Of a DNA stretch of 38,438 nt, positions 8,301 to 16,536 are shown in pieces. Location: the IMG/VR virus record IMGVR_UViG_3300049138_000079, positions 1-38,438 of that record; one strand, given 5' to 3'. Made by a program: the position numbers and the translations under genes. How positions within the stretch are numbered: the stretch's first letter is position 1; each line of letters opens with the position of its first letter. The stretch is from a virus. Taxonomy: Duplodnaviria; Caudoviricetes. The notes beneath the pieces were generated by a model, which saw nothing but the letters and a program-made list of their open reading frames with translations, did not search any database and was not told where the DNA came from.

Positions 8301-8740
8301 CGCACCTGCCGGAGCACGTTGAGGGTGGAGTGCGCGATCCGACCCTGCCCTGACGAGACGCTGTAGTCGCCGGGGGACCCGTTCGCGGTCGCCCACGCCA
8401 GCCCGCCGTCGGACGTGCCCCACCCGTTCGACACCGACCGCCCGAAAGCGTCCTCCACGCGGCGGAGGGTGAGCCAGATCGGGGTACCCAGCGCGACGTT
8501 CGGCCAGTACTCCGACTCCGGACGCAGCGGAGTCAGATCCCCGTCGTCGTTGAGGAGGTGGATCGTCGCCGTCGACGGGGACACATCCCCGCTCCCAGAC
8601 CCTGAGCCCTTCCGCAGCGGGATCGGGTTCGTCAGTAGCCGGCCGGACAAGTCCGTCCAAGTCCAGTCACCCGGGTCACTGTCCGGGTTGGCGCCAAACG
8701 CCGCGAAGACCTCGACGGGCAGTTCGTCGTCGGGCCACAT
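5351..8740 (-). CDS. Large tail-tip/baseplate protein with a LamG-like domain and two related lectin-like modules
   Basis: Follows the tape measure. N-terminal WTWTDLS..LLNDDGDLTP, PVAWWPLEDG (LamG-like), RNDVTVSR hub-like segment, duplicated DxFxRSV..GWG modules. Confidence 0.85.
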   Translation of the reverse strand: MWPDDELPVEVFAAFGANPDSDPGDWTWTDLSGRLLTNPIPLRKGSGSGSGDVSPSTATIHLLNDDGDLTPLRPESEYWPNVALGTPIWLTLRRVEDAFGRSVSNGWGTSDGGLAWATANGSPGDYSVSSGQGRIAHSTLNVLRQVRAGVSLLDTHHVVDTSTSALITGAALVTGVMARHDPAVTDYYWLRTEFNSGGTTVMLKITRVRGGTHTDLGSVGAVPGLSYAASTPLRTRISVVGNRLSMKVWTAAGSEPAGWQLDVTDPDPLTSAGGVGMQTWLIPGNTNVLPVTVSHDNYTVRADVFNGFADQWQPQFIPSTDGMTSIVRLTASGILRRLGQGNGVIRSALTRYLPSTNPVAWWPLEDGVDSTQAASGLPDGQPLSVSVGIMDFVDDAPPGASGSAHPQPDAKNALRGVVAGVDPAGWQVAVWTKGVIVSGAAGAHYVAWEIRTTTGKILRLIHQYGADAAVGVGLYLSEDQENETDLVSLNDPVPRSNLGITGEWLHVVFTAQQSGADTNVWLDVNDVTVAGATWAGQTIGAPLRIDAIGAFAGDTGSVSDDMADIYLSHLSFHNSVPLIFQHDAGMGFPYEPASDRIQRVCDERGIRITVAAGDSEPLGPQPAGGDLDILRDAEHSDMGILYERGWGLGYRPRSTRYNQVPALTVDLETYMHSQEMRPEQILAPTYDDQGTRNDVTVSRTDGSSARVVDSEHAARHGVYDDSVTIGVAADSALPSHAGWRVHLGTWEEMRYPGISVDLAGQPDLIDSWLNVTPGDRVQQVNVPAPHPSEDVDQHAGGISQTLTRLGSWGGSIVGTPARPWTVGVVEDPVLGRADTGGSQWADDVDAGTDTSALVVVTAGPPWITTASQPSMFPLDVRSAGVVLSVTGIETAARDTFTRSVGAGGWGTATTGQPWSVNSGAAGNWSVTGAVGRIATATVNQLELATINVNSVEADPRAEFLLPVAPIGSGISLWVSTRFTDTSNYYYATLLITSGAVPELRLFKRVAGTGTQLGSTVTLNGPHVAGDRWVLQCSAIGSTIRARGWKSTQPAERGWHITATDTALTTGTRAGVGVRRETGNTNGTVSIDVDPFEAPGLQAFTFAATPVNQVTKTIPTGTPLSLATPWRLAL

Positions 8741-10611
8741 CAGCGGCTCACCGTCGCGAACGCCTCGTCAGGGTCCCCACCGTAGTCGGTGCGGATGTTC
8801 TCCCTCACCCACGCCATGAACGAACCGGGAGCGTCGCCGGCGAACCGGATCGTCGGCGCCGCTGGGTGCACGGCGGCAGCGGGCGCGCTGAAGCCGGCCG
8901 CCGGGGTGGTGAGCGGCGTACCGGCGACCAGCGCAGTAACGGACCCGAGCTCGGCTTCGAGGGAGCGCCGTTCGCCGTGGATACCGCGGATGAGTCCGCC
9001 CATGATCGCCTGACCAGCCGGCTCCAGCAGCACCCGGTCCCGATCCTCAGGGCCCTTCCACGACGGGATCATGTTCGTCACCCAGCCGAGGACACCTTGC
9101 AAGTTCGGGATCGCCGCGCGGATGCCGCCGACGAGCCCGTTGATCAGTGCCCGGCCGGCGCCGCGTAGGAGGTCGCCAAGACCGCCCAACGCCCGAAGGA
9201 TCCGGCGGGGGATGCCGGCGATCCACCGCACCCACGCTTCCGGCTCGTTCCGCAGGCTGCGGAAGATCGCTGTGACGATGGCGGAGAACCGCTGGAACGC
9301 CTCCTTGCCCTGCGACGCGAAGGAGTTCACCGCATCCCGGGTCTGCCACACCACCTTGATCAGGTTGAGGAACGTGCCGATCGGCGACAGCAATACCAGC
9401 GTCCGGAAGACGGGGTACAGCTCGGTGAAGACGCGGATGACCACGCCGACGGCCAGGATCAGCAGACCTACGACGGTGATCAGGTCGGAGAAGAACAGCG
9501 ACGCTTCCGGGCCGCCGCCGTCGATGATGCGGAAGAACGCGCCGATGTATTCGCCCAGCTTCGGCAACTCCCCGGCGAGCCGGATCAGGAACGGTGTCGC
9601 CTCACGAATCAGCTCGACGACTCCGGGGAGTACGTTGGAGACGAAGCCGATCAGCCCTTCGGTCAACGGCTGGATCGCCGGGGCGATCAGGGAGAACATC
9701 TCCTTGAACTGCGGACCCCACTCGACAACGGCGAACCTGATCGTCTCCATGGCCTTCACGAGCGGGTCAATCAGCGGCGTCGCGACGCCCCGAAGCTGGG
9801 TGCTGACGGTGAACGCGAGCCGCTCCGCCGCCGCTGCAACGTCCGGCTGCTCCCGCAGGATCAGCGCGCCGAGCCCGATCAGGCCGAGCCCAGCACCACC
9901 GAGCAGACCGCCGGTGATGGCCGCAGTGATGGCGGGCAGCATCGCCGCGCCGATCGCCGTACCCGCCACGATCAGCCACGGGGAGACGCCAGTCGCGTTG
10001 CGGATCGCCGACCCGAACGACGACAGGAACCCTCGCCCGGCGTCGTCGCCGATCTTCCCGCCGGCCTTCCGGCCCACCTCCGCGTCGATCTTCGTGTGCA
10101 GCCGGTCAAGGGACGGCTTGTCCACCTCCACGTCGGCGCGGATCGTGGCGCGAACCCGCTGCGCCACCCGGGAGACCATCGACCGCAGTCCGCGCTCGTA
10201 CTCGGGCTCACCGGCCGGCTCGGTATCAACGTCGACGTCAACCTCGGCCGTAACGTTCTCTTCGGCCTGGTCGACAACGTCTTGGAGTTGGCGGCCGAAC
10301 GTGGTTCCGTCCGGGCCGACCGCGACCCACGCCTTCACGTCGTCGGCGGTCTGCTGGACGGTCTCTTGCAGCTCGGTGAGGGACGTCTTCTCCGGTTCGA
10401 CCGGAACCTTCAGCGGTTCGAGATCTTCCGGCTTGTCGACGACCGGCTCGACCGGCATCTTGACGCGGGTGTCGCCGAGCGCGTCGGAGATCATCCGATC
10501 CAGGTTGGATCCCTTGAACTCCTTAGCGATTGCCTTCTGGAGTTCCTTCGCGAACCCCTTCGCCGACGGGATGATCGTGACCCAGGCGGTGCCGACCTCG
10601 GTGTTCGCCAC
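8740..10611 (-). CDS. Tape measure protein (623 aa)
   Basis: EVGTAWVTIIPSAKGF N-terminus, Ala/Gly-rich amphipathic repeats, KGP..D..LL..AG.AIMGG C-terminus; follows the tail chaperones. Confidence 0.9.
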   Translation of the reverse strand: MANTEVGTAWVTIIPSAKGFAKELQKAIAKEFKGSNLDRMISDALGDTRVKMPVEPVVDKPEDLEPLKVPVEPEKTSLTELQETVQQTADDVKAWVAVGPDGTTFGRQLQDVVDQAEENVTAEVDVDVDTEPAGEPEYERGLRSMVSRVAQRVRATIRADVEVDKPSLDRLHTKIDAEVGRKAGGKIGDDAGRGFLSSFGSAIRNATGVSPWLIVAGTAIGAAMLPAITAAITGGLLGGAGLGLIGLGALILREQPDVAAAAERLAFTVSTQLRGVATPLIDPLVKAMETIRFAVVEWGPQFKEMFSLIAPAIQPLTEGLIGFVSNVLPGVVELIREATPFLIRLAGELPKLGEYIGAFFRIIDGGGPEASLFFSDLITVVGLLILAVGVVIRVFTELYPVFRTLVLLSPIGTFLNLIKVVWQTRDAVNSFASQGKEAFQRFSAIVTAIFRSLRNEPEAWVRWIAGIPRRILRALGGLGDLLRGAGRALINGLVGGIRAAIPNLQGVLGWVTNMIPSWKGPEDRDRVLLEPAGQAIMGGLIRGIHGERRSLEAELGSVTALVAGTPLTTPAAGFSAPAAAVHPAAPTIRFAGDAPGSFMAWVRENIRTDYGGDPDEAFATVSR

Positions 10612-10612
10612 G

Positions 10613-10990
10613 TCACCCCCCGGTCTTCATCAGTCCCAGCCGTTGGAGTCGACCGACGTACTCGCGCTTGCGCTTCTCGGCACGCGGGTCTGGGCGTTGG
10701 AGTGGCTTCGGCCGTGGCCCCTTGCCGCCGCCGCGCTGCCAGTTCGCCGCCGCGAGCAGGTCACCGACGGTCAGCAGCAGGTAGTCAGTGATGCCGTACC
10801 GGGCCGCGTCGCCGTTGATGGCGATGCCGAGCGGTGAGTTCGGCGGAAGTTGACGGATCAGGGACAGGAGTTCCCGGGCGGTCACTTCCCTGGCGAGCGC
10901 CGACCGGAGCGAGAACCCGTACCGGCGGAGCGACGCGTCGACGGCCCCGCCGTGCTCCCGGATGAGCCGGCAGAGCCCTGAGATTCCCCC
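10613..10990 (-). CDS. Tail assembly chaperone, frameshifted (gpT-like) segment
   Basis: Open in the -1 frame relative to 10882-11274, overlapping it at GGGGGAA. ANWQRGGGKGPRPKP motif. Confidence 0.8.
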   Translation of the reverse strand, partial: GGISGLCRLIREHGGAVDASLRRYGFSLRSALAREVTARELLSLIRQLPPNSPLGIAINGDAARYGITDYLLLTVGDLLAAANWQRGGGKGPRPKPLQRPDPRAEKRKREYVGRLQRLGLMKTGG

Positions 10991-11274
10991 GGCTTCAACC
11001 CCGCGTGCTTCTGCCAGCGGCGGAACAGCTCCCCGATCGCCCCAGACGGCTGCGGGTAATTCTCGAACTCGGCCCACTGGTCCTCGCCGAAACTCCGTCG
11101 GAAGATTTCCCGCAGCGCGCCGACCTGGCCGCTTTCGGCGGCTTCGGCGATACGCCAGTCCACATCCGAGAAGTGCGGCAGGCTGAAAGTCTGCCCACCG
11201 CGCTTGAACCGGTACGGCTCCTTCGCGTTTTCGGCAATGTAGTCATCGAGGTCGAACAGGTCCTCGTCGGGCAT
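10882..11274 (-). CDS. Tail assembly chaperone (gpG-like)
   Basis: AAGGAG RBS, FDLDDY..EPYRF N-terminus, PGES slippery motif; lies between tail tube and tape measure. Confidence 0.85.
   Translation of the reverse strand: MPDEDLFDLDDYIAENAKEPYRFKRGGQTFSLPHFSDVDWRIAEAAESGQVGALREIFRRSFGEDQWAEFENYPQPSGAIGELFRRWQKHAGLKPGESQGSAGSSGSTAGPSTRRSAGTGSRSGRRSPGK
10984..10990 (-). other. Programmed -1 ribosomal frameshift site GGGGGAA
   Basis: CCG GGG GAA TCT (PGES); a -1 shift gives GGG GGA ATC (GGI) in the downstream ORF. Confidence 0.8.
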
Positions 11275-11305
11275 GTCAACTCCTTGCGGGCGTTTGCGGG
11301 CTTGA

Positions 11306-11344
11306 GCACCGGTGGGCGCGCGCCCGCGTGCGGCCCACCGGTGC
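11306..11344. terminator. Hairpin upstream of the tail chaperone gene
   Basis: GCACCGGTGGG...CCCACCGGTGC 11-bp stem. Confidence 0.5.
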
Positions 11345-11410
11345 GATCAGGTGGGCTGAACAGCCCAGTCGGGTGATCTGCGGGTTGCGTTGCGCTGCCA
11401 CGATGACCGA

Positions 11411-11728
11411 ATGCATCCGGACCCGTACCAGTTGCAGCCCTACCCGGTGTACGTAGCACCGCCGCCCACGTCGGGGCTGGCAGTCGCATCCGGGATCGCA
11501 GGGATAATCAGCGCCCTCGGCGGCTGCTTCCTCGTGCTACCGCCGTTCGCCGCCGTCATACTCGGACACATGGCGACCCGGGAGACCCGGACCGGAGAGC
11601 GCGGCGGTCACGGATGGGCCATCACCGGCCTGATCACCGGCTACCTGTTCGTAGTGCCGATGATCCTGGCGGTGGGTTGGCTGCTGCTCGGGTTGATGTT
11701 CGCCCCGGTTGCCGCTGTCGATCAGTAA
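11411..11728 (+). CDS. DUF4190-like two-TM membrane protein (moron)
   Basis: Pro/Tyr-rich N-terminus, TSGLAVAS..., LGHMA..E..TGERGGHGWAITGLITGY. Antisense to the tail genes; CACGAT 6 nt before ATG. Confidence 0.8.
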   Translation: MHPDPYQLQPYPVYVAPPPTSGLAVASGIAGIISALGGCFLVLPPFAAVILGHMATRETRTGERGGHGWAITGLITGYLFVVPMILAVGWLLLGLMFAPVAAVDQ

Positions 11729-12292
11729 CTACGGGGTGGCCATGTCTTCGTCGAGGTAGTACCGGTAGGTCCAGTTACCGCTGCTGTCGACGTACGCGTT
11801 GAGTGTCCACTCGTAGACGGTCGGACCTTCACCGGACCAGACGACGTCTCCGCGCTCGCCGATCTCCGCGATCGGGAGCACGACCCGCTGCGCCCGGTCG
11901 TCGCCGTCCTTCCCGTGGAGGATCCAGGCCCGACGGTCGGACGTCGGCGGCTTCTCCTCCACGGTGGCGCCCTCGGTGGTCGAGGTCACCGACGACCCCG
12001 GGTACTGGAGACCCAGGGTGTTCATCGTGGTTTCCGCCGCCGCGAAGGTGAACGTCTTCACGCTCTCGGTGCGGGTGGTCCGGCCGAGGGCGCCACGCTG
12101 CCAGATGTAGTAGTTGTTGATCGACTGCGAGGTGGCTTCGGTGAGCCCTTCCGGGCCGATGGCCCCGATCTCGAACCAGCCGACGCCCGGCGCGGTGCTC
12201 GCGTCGGTGGGCAGGGTGACGGTCGCGCCCGGGGCGTGGGTGTAGACCGCGCCGTCCTCGTACGCCCTGATCATGTTGGTGTCGACCGCCAT
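11729..12292 (-). CDS. Major tail (tube) protein
   Basis: AAGGAGG RBS; LPTDAST..GW.EIG.IG.EGLTE and ERGDVVW..PTVYEWTLNAY; located after the terminator gene. Confidence 0.88.
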   Translation of the reverse strand: MAVDTNMIRAYEDGAVYTHAPGATVTLPTDASTAPGVGWFEIGAIGPEGLTEATSQSINNYYIWQRGALGRTTRTESVKTFTFAAAETTMNTLGLQYPGSSVTSTTEGATVEEKPPTSDRRAWILHGKDGDDRAQRVVLPIAEIGERGDVVWSGEGPTVYEWTLNAYVDSSGNWTYRYYLDEDMATP

Positions 12293-12357
12293 GGGTCAGC
12301 CTCCTTGCGGCATGGTGATGGCCCGGCGGTCGCCGGGTGGACAGGTCGCGGGCGTGG

Positions 12358-12804
12358 TCAGACTGCGCGGATGCGCATGCCGATCTCGACGGTGAGTCCG
12401 GTGATGGTCTTCGTGTCGTCGGCCGGGTCGGGCTCGGCGTGCGGGCCGGCGAAGTCGAGCACCCGATAGCAGGTAACCGCTGGCCCGACGGCGGGTACTA
12501 CGACGCGGCCGCGGATGTCCTTCAGCAGCGCCCACACGAGCAGCGCGAGCTGGTTTCGGGACCGCTCATCGGTCGGCTGGGCTGTGTCGTACCAGACCTG
12601 CGCATCGAGCCGCGGCGAGTCCTGCACCCGCGAGTACGGCACCCCGCCGACCCGCCGGATCCGGACGTGCCGGGCCGGGGATGTCTTCGGCCGCAGCTTC
12701 GTCGACACGACCACGCCGGCGGCGTACGGTTCCGCCCGGCCGGCGAGCGCGGACGTTAGGTAGGTGACCACCACGTCCTCGGCGTCGGCCGGCAGCTCGA
12801 TCAC
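12358..12804 (-). CDS. Tail terminator
   Basis: VRIRRVGG..DSPRLDAQVW motif; immediately upstream of the tail tube gene. Confidence 0.75.
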   Translation of the reverse strand: MIELPADAEDVVVTYLTSALAGRAEPYAAGVVVSTKLRPKTSPARHVRIRRVGGVPYSRVQDSPRLDAQVWYDTAQPTDERSRNQLALLVWALLKDIRGRVVVPAVGPAVTCYRVLDFAGPHAEPDPADDTKTITGLTVEIGMRIRAV

Positions 12805-13100
12805 GGCACGTTCCGGGCGGCGTCGATGTTTGTTGCAAGCAGCTTGTGCTTCGCTTCCACCGCCAGCCCGGAGGGGTGGTCGAGCACAACCACGGTCCGG
12901 GCCCGAATTCCCCGACCTGTCGTACGGACCTCCACCGGCAGGGGAATGGCGCCCGGTTCGCCATCGACCCGGACACCGACCGACTTGATCTGGTCGGCGA
13001 CCGCAAGCCCCTTAGCGTGCAGCATCTCCTGCGTCTCAGCCCGAGACAGGATCTCGCCGATGCCCTTTCGGGAATGCTTAAACCGGATCCGCATCGACAT
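12801..13100 (-). CDS. Tail completion/neck protein (HK97 gp10-like position)
   Basis: Synteny; GIGEILS..RARTVV..VEAKHKLL. Confidence 0.65.
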   Translation of the reverse strand: MSMRIRFKHSRKGIGEILSRAETQEMLHAKGLAVADQIKSVGVRVDGEPGAIPLPVEVRTTGRGIRARTVVVLDHPSGLAVEAKHKLLATNIDAARNVP

Positions 13101-13101
13101 G

Positions 13102-13437
13102 TCAGCCCTCCACACGCATGAGTCGGGCTTCGATGTGCGCCAGAGCACCGGTCGGGGATGGCCACCGTTCGACCGATCCCTCAATGTCGTAGGTGACGCC
13201 CTGGTGCACGATCCGGTCGGTGTCTTGGATGTCCATTCCGTCGGGTCCGAACAGCCGCCACCTAGTGACCACAGCATCGCGGTCGATGGTGTACTCCGAG
13301 CCGCGTTCCGGCTGGACCCGGCAGCCGGTCACCGCGGTTTCGGTGGCGTTGGGCCAGTCGGGGACGTCGTTGTTGTAATCGTCCTGCACGATCGGCGCGC
13401 GCAGCACCGTCACCGTGTCGGTGTGGTACCCGATCAT
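13102..13437 (-). CDS. Head-to-tail stopper (head closure)
   Basis: TVTVLRA..DDYNN..DW, VQP, DRI...YDIEG..RW pattern; synteny. Confidence 0.75.
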   Translation of the reverse strand: MIGYHTDTVTVLRAPIVQDDYNNDVPDWPNATETAVTGCRVQPERGSEYTIDRDAVVTRWRLFGPDGMDIQDTDRIVHQGVTYDIEGSVERWPSPTGALAHIEARLMRVEG

Positions 13438-13982
13438 GCGCGTAGCGGGATTCGGTACTTGCGGTCCAGGATCCGCAGTTCCCCGTCGGCCAACAGCGAG
13501 CGGGTGCCCCGGTCCGCGTACGAGTAGGTGACGGACTCGCCGCCCGAGCGTTCCTGCACCACCCCGGCGGGGTTCGCTATCGCCCGCGCCACCGCCCCGC
13601 AGATCAGCGCGACCAGCGCCGGCGGTGTCTGCGCGTATCCGTGCTCGATTTCGGCTTCGACGCCCCGCAGGTCGCAGGTCCACCGGCAGGTGCGGCGCAT
13701 CCAGCCGCCCTCCGACCACTGCACGCCGGCAACATCCAGGACGGTGCCGGACTCGGCCACTGCGATCAGGTCGAGGAGCTTCAGCGTCGGTAGGTGTTGC
13801 ACATGCCCGCCGGACCCGTCGACGGTGACCTCTTCGGTGATGACGGGGGCGATGTGCCATCCGCAGTAGTCGGTGACCTCGCCGGACACGGCGTCGAGCA
13901 TCATCGCCACCGCCGCTTCTTGGGCAGGCGTCAGGGTGCGCTGGTACCAGGTCGCGAACTGCTCTGGGGTTACCAGCGCCAT
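13434..13982 (-). CDS. Head-to-tail adaptor
   Basis: YCGWHIAP, DGSGG..LP, HGY..P, NP.G...E.SG..SVTY motifs; synteny. Confidence 0.8.
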   Translation of the reverse strand: MALVTPEQFATWYQRTLTPAQEAAVAMMLDAVSGEVTDYCGWHIAPVITEEVTVDGSGGHVQHLPTLKLLDLIAVAESGTVLDVAGVQWSEGGWMRRTCRWTCDLRGVEAEIEHGYAQTPPALVALICGAVARAIANPAGVVQERSGGESVTYSYADRGTRSLLADGELRILDRKYRIPLRA

Positions 13983-13986
13983 CGGG

Positions 13987-14283
13987 CTACTCCGCCGACT
14001 TGTTCTGCGCAGTCCGGGCCTTGTTCGGCGCCCGGCGCTGCTTCGCCGCCGGCTTGGCCGTCGGTTCGGTCGCGGTGTCGTCGAGCAGTTCGGCGTCGGG
14101 GTAGTTCTCGGCGTCGTCGTACGACAGCTTCATCACGGTCGAGCGGCCGTTGACGGTCACCCGGTACTTCTGGTTTGCCACGGTGGACTCCTTGATCGCG
14201 AGGATGTCAACGGGTCGGGCAGTGGACGGCTGCCCGCATGCAGCGTGGTTGGCGCCGCAGAGCGGGCAGCCGTCCCCGGTCAT
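13987..14283 (-). CDS. Small head-region hypothetical protein (possible true start GTG 14181)
   Basis: Lys/Ala-rich PNKAR tail typical of small post-capsid genes. AAGGAG RBS precedes GTG 14181; the longer form is ATGA-coupled. Confidence 0.6.
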   Translation of the reverse strand: MTGDGCPLCGANHAACGQPSTARPVDILAIKESTVANQKYRVTVNGRSTVMKLSYDDAENYPDAELLDDTATEPTAKPAAKQRRAPNKARTAQNKSAE

Positions 14284-14492
14284 GGCGCGATGACGCCGGC
14301 CGCGCGTACCTGCGCCAGCAGCTCGTTGAGCCGCGTGCGCAGATGTGACACGTCCACGCGCAACGCGTCGTACTCGGCCTTGGTCGGAGCAGCTCCGGCC
14401 GCGACGACGCTGGTCAGCGCGTTCGCGTTGGGGACCGCGGCGCCCTGTTCACCGGAGCGCCGTTCGGCCTCGGCGGGGTTCAGATACGCCAT
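14280..14492 (-). CDS. Small head fibre/decoration-like protein
   Basis: APTKAEYDAL...LNELLAQVRAAGVIA motif; TGATG-coupled to the capsid gene. Confidence 0.65.
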   Translation of the reverse strand: MAYLNPAEAERRSGEQGAAVPNANALTSVVAAGAAPTKAEYDALRVDVSHLRTRLNELLAQVRAAGVIAP

Positions 14493-15805
14493 CAGACACC
14501 GTCCGCCATGTCGATCTCGACGAACGCCGACGGCTGAAGCACCCCGAACGCGGCCCGCATCTCGGCGAGGATCGCCACCATGTTCCGGATGAAGAAGTTC
14601 GCGTGCGAGTTCGACACCGTGATGGTGGCCTGTTCGCGGTCCCACAGGACCGCCTTGCGCCAGTCGGCGACGTACGCGGTGCCCTCCGGGACCGCCTCCG
14701 ACTCGACGACCGGCAGACCCCACAGGGTCGGCTGGCCGAGACGGATCGGGCCGCCGAAGTAGTAGCGGGCCTCGTTGTCCTGGAGCAGGTCGATGGTCTC
14801 CCAGTCGGCCGGGTTCATCACGTACGCGGTCGGCACGCTCCGGCCGACGGTGCGCACGAGGGTGCGGGCCTTGCGGGTCGTGGTGAGGATGTCCGTGTCC
14901 CACGCCTGCGCCTGCACACCGGAAACGTTCGAGATGCCGGTGAAGTCCTCACCCGAACCCGAACCGTTGATCATCTGGTCCTCGAGCTCCTCCTCGATGC
15001 CGTAGCGGAGGAACTGGTCGATCAGGGTCCGGATCTGACCGGCGTCGGACAGAGCCCGGGTGGTCGCCGGCAGCCAGTGCGCGATCGTCCGTACGGTCTC
15101 GGTGACCTTCGCCAGCGCGAGCGCCGACTCGGGCTTGACGCCGTTCGCGGCGGTCATCGACCCGGGGTCGGCGGTGGTGGTGGACTCGGCCACCGGAGCC
15201 GCGTTGTTGGTGATCGACGTGACCCGCACGTACTCGACGGTGTCGCTGGACGTGGTGCCGTTGGTGATCAGGTTGCGGATGGTCAGCGGCCGCTGGAAGA
15301 TGTCCAGTCCGACCTGGAGTCCGCGGTAGTCGGGCTGGATCATCGCGCCGGCGGACGTGTCCGAACCGCTGGTGATCAGGGTCTTGGCGCCGAACGGGGC
15401 CGAGTTGACCACGGCCCGCTCCGGGATCCGGCCGTTCGGGTACTGCTTCAGCAGCGACCCGAGCTGGTGGGACTTGGCGAACGCCTGCCCGAGGGTTTCG
15501 CCCTTGCCCGGCGTCCACAGGGCGGCGCCGTCGGAGCCGACGTTCGACGCGGACTTGGCGCCGTCGGGCAGCAGTGCGATGCCGTCGCCGAGGTCGCCGA
15601 GTTGCTTGGTCAGGTCGGCGTCCGCCTTCGCAGCGTCGATACGGGCCTTGACGCCAGTGGCAGCCTTGACGGCCGCCTCGATCTGGGCGCGCTCCTCCGC
15701 GGTCAGGTCCCGGCCTTCGGCTTCCGCCTTCGCCGCCAGGTCCCGAGCCGGGGTGAGCGCGTCGGACAGCTCCTTACGGAGCCGCTCCATCGTTGCGGTG
15801 CTCAT
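14492..15805 (-). CDS. Major capsid protein (HK97 fold, N-terminal scaffold domain)
   Basis: Coiled-coil N-terminus, KPES, TIAHW, QMINGSGSG, YVMNPADW, LWGLPVV, FIRNMVAILAEMR..PSAF. Confidence 0.95.
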   Translation of the reverse strand: MSTATMERLRKELSDALTPARDLAAKAEAEGRDLTAEERAQIEAAVKAATGVKARIDAAKADADLTKQLGDLGDGIALLPDGAKSASNVGSDGAALWTPGKGETLGQAFAKSHQLGSLLKQYPNGRIPERAVVNSAPFGAKTLITSGSDTSAGAMIQPDYRGLQVGLDIFQRPLTIRNLITNGTTSSDTVEYVRVTSITNNAAPVAESTTTADPGSMTAANGVKPESALALAKVTETVRTIAHWLPATTRALSDAGQIRTLIDQFLRYGIEEELEDQMINGSGSGEDFTGISNVSGVQAQAWDTDILTTTRKARTLVRTVGRSVPTAYVMNPADWETIDLLQDNEARYYFGGPIRLGQPTLWGLPVVESEAVPEGTAYVADWRKAVLWDREQATITVSNSHANFFIRNMVAILAEMRAAFGVLQPSAFVEIDMADGV

Positions 15806-16536
15806 ACCGCTGTCTCCTTCGTCAGGTCAAGGTCGTACGCGAGTGCGTCGACCTGGAGCGACAGCAGGACATCGGCGGGGCTCAGGGATGGCGCGGTGGA
15901 CTTGGCTTCCGGGCCGTCGCCCGGTTGCTCCTCGTCTCCGTTGGCCGGTGCTGGCTTGGCCTGTTTACTGTCGTTGTCGCCGCAGGTACAGGTGCGGCAG
16001 TGGTGGACGGACTTAGCCCCGACCAACTCAGTCGCGGCGTTCATCCCGATCAGGGTGGGGCCGACCTCGAACAGTTCGAGGTCGCGCAGCTCGTACACCC
16101 GCTCTCCGTCGCGCTCGCCGAGCGCGCCGTCGCGAACGTCGTAGCTGAACGAAAACTGCTTCACCCGGCGCCCTTTCAGCAACCGGTGAACCGTTGCGGC
16201 GCGGGGCGCATCGAGATCGAGTTGCCCTCGGACCCACAAGCCACCGTTGTTCTTGAGCTTGTCGGGTAGCCGCTCATCGCCTGGCAAGAGCTCGGCGGCG
16301 TCGACCACGTATCCGACGTGCGACTCCGGATCTCCGATCTGGTGTGACCAGATGACGGGGATGGGGTCGCCGCTGGACTTCCACTCGGTGAGCGTTCGGG
16401 AGAACGCGCCCGGCATGACCACGTCCCCACCGTGGTCAACGTTGCCGAAGACTGAGACCACGGCGTCGAACTGGCCCGGCTCCAACCCATCCCGGTCGTC
16501 AGCCTTGACGTGAGCCCGGAAGGCCTTAGTCCTCAT
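15802..16536 (-). CDS. HK97-family prohead protease
   Basis: SVFGNVDHGGDVVMPGAF, WSH, FSFSY and LFEVGPTLIGMN motifs. Confidence 0.92.
   Translation of the reverse strand: MRTKAFRAHVKADDRDGLEPGQFDAVVSVFGNVDHGGDVVMPGAFSRTLTEWKSSGDPIPVIWSHQIGDPESHVGYVVDAAELLPGDERLPDKLKNNGGLWVRGQLDLDAPRAATVHRLLKGRRVKQFSFSYDVRDGALGERDGERVYELRDLELFEVGPTLIGMNAATELVGAKSVHHCRTCTCGDNDSKQAKPAPANGDEEQPGDGPEAKSTAPSLSPADVLLSLQVDALAYDLDLTKETAV

Noticed and set aside
5460-8452. Tail-protein duplication as a diversity-generating retroelement TR/VR pair
   Set aside because: Similarity is only at the diverged protein level, with no adenine-specific near-identical repeat and no reverse transcriptase in the window.
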